Below, one piece after another: positions 41,218-43,151 of a stretch of 43,151 bases of DNA (positions are counted from its first letter, which is position 1; each line of letters begins with the position of its first letter). This stretch comes from Deltaproteobacteria bacterium (lineage in GTDB: Bacteria > JAUYMQ01). Location: contig JAUYMQ010000519.1 of NCBI GenBank assembly GCA_030698575.1, positions 1 to 43,151 of the forward strand, read 5' to 3'. The notes under the pieces were generated by a model, which saw only the letters and a program-made list of their open reading frames with translations, ran no database searches and was not told the DNA's origin. The position numbers were made by a program, and so were the translations under genes.

Positions 41218-41793
41218 CTATCTCCGCGCCGCGAGCCAGGGGTCCTCGGGTGCCTCTTCCGAAATATTCTCGAAGGCATTGATGCGCCGAGCCTCGGCCC
41301 GGGCGACCCTGTAATCCAACATCGCCTTCTCACCCTTGGCCTTCGACTGTGTCAGCGACTCGCTCAAATGGTCGGCGATACGGCAGGCCAGCATCTCGGC
41401 AAACAGCGCGTCGAACCGGACGGGATCTGTCACCCGGAAAATGTAGTTGACTTCCAGAGTAGCCCCGTCGTTGGTCAGAATGCTGCTCTGCCCCTCGTGG
41501 CTTTCAATGCGCCAATCGAGCCCATGCACAGCCGGCGGCAGCAGCCGCAGGCAGTCCGCCGGCAGCGGGAATGCGTAGTCGTAATCGAAGTCGGGATCAA
41601 CAGCCGACGGCGCGAGCGTCACCCGTTTGCGCGCGAAGTTCCAGTTGTGCCGGCGCAGCTCCGCATCACGCAGCACTTCGTAGCAGGCGTTGATTTCCTC
41701 CGCATTCTTGGTGTCATCCGAGAACGACCCAATGCGCGCAGCACCGAGCTTCTGCAGCCCCATGTTGGCGATTTGAACGTCGGACGTGGCCAT
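41218..41793 (-). CDS. Tail tubular protein A-like (adaptor)
   Basis: ORF track, 191 aa. GGAGGTG SD upstream. The size and position are typical of T7 gp11-like genes. Confidence 0.65.
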   Translation of the reverse strand: MATSDVQIANMGLQKLGAARIGSFSDDTKNAEEINACYEVLRDAELRRHNWNFARKRVTLAPSAVDPDFDYDYAFPLPADCLRLLPPAVHGLDWRIESHEGQSSILTNDGATLEVNYIFRVTDPVRFDALFAEMLACRIADHLSESLTQSKAKGEKAMLDYRVARAEARRINAFENISEEAPEDPWLAARR

Positions 41794-41851
41794 GTCACAC
41801 CTCCGGCGTCGGTATCGGCACGCAGATGGCGACTTTCACCATGCGCGCCCC

Positions 41852-42424
41852 TTACTGCCCGGCTTCGATGTCGATCGTGATACCGAAGGTGTTGACGATG
41901 CCGGTCGGATCCCACGCCGCCAGAGCCCGCAGAACTGCGGTAAACGTACGTGTATCATCATCCAGGAACTCGAATGCGAACCCCTGCGGCCACGGATATT
42001 GCAACACGTTGGTCGCAAGCGGCTGAACCACGTGCGCCCCGACCGCCTGAACCTGCGACGCGCCGGCGGCGACCGTGCCCAGCGGGCCGGTCCACCCGGT
42101 GTCGTCAAAGCGAAACCCGCCGACGGCCAATGCGCGCGTTGCCGCGGCGATCGGGTGCGTTACGTTGTCACCCACCGCGGCGGGCACATCGCCGGTCTTG
42201 AAAATAAGCAGTTCCAGGTCTGCGTTCGTCGTCACGACGTTGCCGGACGCCGCGGTAAAATCAAGCATCGCCGCAAAGATACGCCCGCGCCGGAACCCGG
42301 CCAAGTTGAAGGTCGCACGCACCACCGAGCCCGCCGAAGCGTTGTTCGATATCTCGTCGCCCGCCGTGTACGCCGTGGCGACTGCCGGGCGAGCGATGGT
42401 GCTACGAAGCCGGATGATCCTCAC
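41852..42424 (-). CDS. Hypothetical structural protein (190 aa)
   Basis: ORF track (GTG start, GGGGGTAGG SD). It lies between the Gly-rich gene and tail tubular A. Confidence 0.6.
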   Translation of the reverse strand: MRIIRLRSTIARPAVATAYTAGDEISNNASAGSVVRATFNLAGFRRGRIFAAMLDFTAASGNVVTTNADLELLIFKTGDVPAAVGDNVTHPIAAATRALAVGGFRFDDTGWTGPLGTVAAGASQVQAVGAHVVQPLATNVLQYPWPQGFAFEFLDDDTRTFTAVLRALAAWDPTGIVNTFGITIDIEAGQ

Positions 42425-42437
42425 TGCCTACCCCCGA

Positions 42438-43151
42438 TTAAACCGGATTCATCAGGACTGTCACGACAATGCCGTCACTCGACTGGATGGCGTTGGCGTA
42501 TTTCACTGCCAAGCGATCCCCGGCGGCCATCGTCAGCGTCGCCACGGTTGTCGAAACCGTCGCGGATTGCACCGTGTTAGCGGTCGCATTCAGATCGAAC
42601 GATCCCGACTGATGCAGACTAGTGCCGGCCCCCGGTGCAGCCGTGCCGGTGTCTTTGATGACAGTCATGGTGCTGGTACCGCCCGCCGCAACGGCGTGCA
42701 CTTCCTTGATAGCCACCACGCGGCATGCGCGCGGCGCAACGAAGAATACCGCATCCGTCGCTTCCGGCGTGCTTCCCCCGACGTACGACGCGGCGAAGAT
42801 GCCGGACGCGCCGTTAACCTGCACCTCGCCCGGAACCCCGGTCGATACCGCAGCACCCGGAACCAGGTCCACGTTGCCGCCCGCCGCCGTGCCGCCCGCG
42901 CCGTCGCCGCCCGTGATCGTGACATCCGAACCAGCACCCGCCGTCGCCGCGCCCACCGCGATATTGACCGCACCCGCCACGCCCGTCGCACCCGCCGCGC
43001 CGGAAGTGATCGTGATCGCGCCACCCGCAGCCGATCCGGCCCCGGCACCGCCGGTAAGCACCGCAGCGCCACCCGCACGATTGCCGCCCCCGGCCGCACC
43101 GCCGATCAAGCTGGCCGCACCGCCGACTGCATCGTTTCCACCCGCGCCGCC
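42438..43151 (-). CDS. Glycine/alanine-rich repeat structural protein, C-terminal part (ORF enters from the right edge)
   Basis: The frame of track ORF 42438..43109 stays open to 43151, at an exact codon boundary. It reads GGAGGNDAVGGAASLIGGAAGGGNRAGGAAVLTGGAGAGSAAGG..., followed by a non-repetitive, beta-rich domain of about 110 aa. Confidence 0.8.
   Translation of the reverse strand, partial: GGAGGNDAVGGAASLIGGAAGGGNRAGGAAVLTGGAGAGSAAGGAITITSGAAGATGVAGAVNIAVGAATAGAGSDVTITGGDGAGGTAAGGNVDLVPGAAVSTGVPGEVQVNGASGIFAASYVGGSTPEATDAVFFVAPRACRVVAIKEVHAVAAGGTSTMTVIKDTGTAAPGAGTSLHQSGSFDLNATANTVQSATVSTTVATLTMAAGDRLAVKYANAIQSSDGIVVTVLMNPV

Larger units (their letters stand above)
1..43151. mobile_element. 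Temperate tailed-phage genome (podovirus-like), phage/attP configuration
   Basis: Phage genes fill the window end to end: packaging, head, tail tubular A/B-like, tailspike, lysis, replication, and an integrase next to an internally located tRNA 3-prime fragment. Both window ends fall inside Gly-rich structural coding sequence on the same strand. Confidence 0.85.

Noticed and set aside
1-43151. Simple head-to-tail circular closure of the window
   Set aside because: Joining position 1 to 43151 puts the two Gly-rich coding segments out of frame (2 spare nt against 0 spare nt). The edge sequences are similar but not overlapping, so sequence is probably missing.

Overview
This high-GC 43.2-kb window (roughly 60-65% GC by eye) reads as a nearly complete temperate, podovirus-like phage genome in the excised (attP) configuration. 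I saw no host genes. Late genes run on the minus strand in two blocks. Block 9038->1 holds terS, terL, portal, scaffold, an HK97-like capsid and small capsid-associated proteins. Block 43151->26491 holds tail tubular A/B-like proteins, a GNAT-like protein, three internal virion proteins, a pectate-lyase-type tailspike, and then a long translationally coupled lysis/hydrolase operon. Early and middle genes run on the plus strand (9316->26526). They include repeat proteins, a RuvC-like resolvase, an SNF2 helicase, a Cas4-like nuclease, an SSB-like protein, family A DNA polymerase, an MT-A70 methylase, a TraR-like zinc finger, a primase-helicase, a C5 methylase, a tRNA 3-prime fragment (attP core) and a P4-type integrase. 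Both window edges lie inside the same kind of glycine-rich repeat gene, so the window looks like a circular or permuted genome broken within a repeat. The items most worth follow-up are: (1) the C5-methyltransferase locus, whose motifs are split between two overlapping reading frames; (2) the operon after the tailspike, which combines a pinholin-like protein, two HExxH proteins, an HTH-metallophosphoesterase, a secreted trypsin-like protease, a Tat/SAR-signal GH108 endolysin, an alpha/beta hydrolase, a mini-lipoprotein and a small membrane protein; (3) the Gly-rich 16-17-residue repeat protein; (4) two iteron-rich non-coding regions (9090-9207 and 11089-11415). I found no CI-like repressor, reverse transcriptase, CRISPR array, rRNA or complete tRNA. 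All family assignments come from motif recognition by eye. No database search was run.
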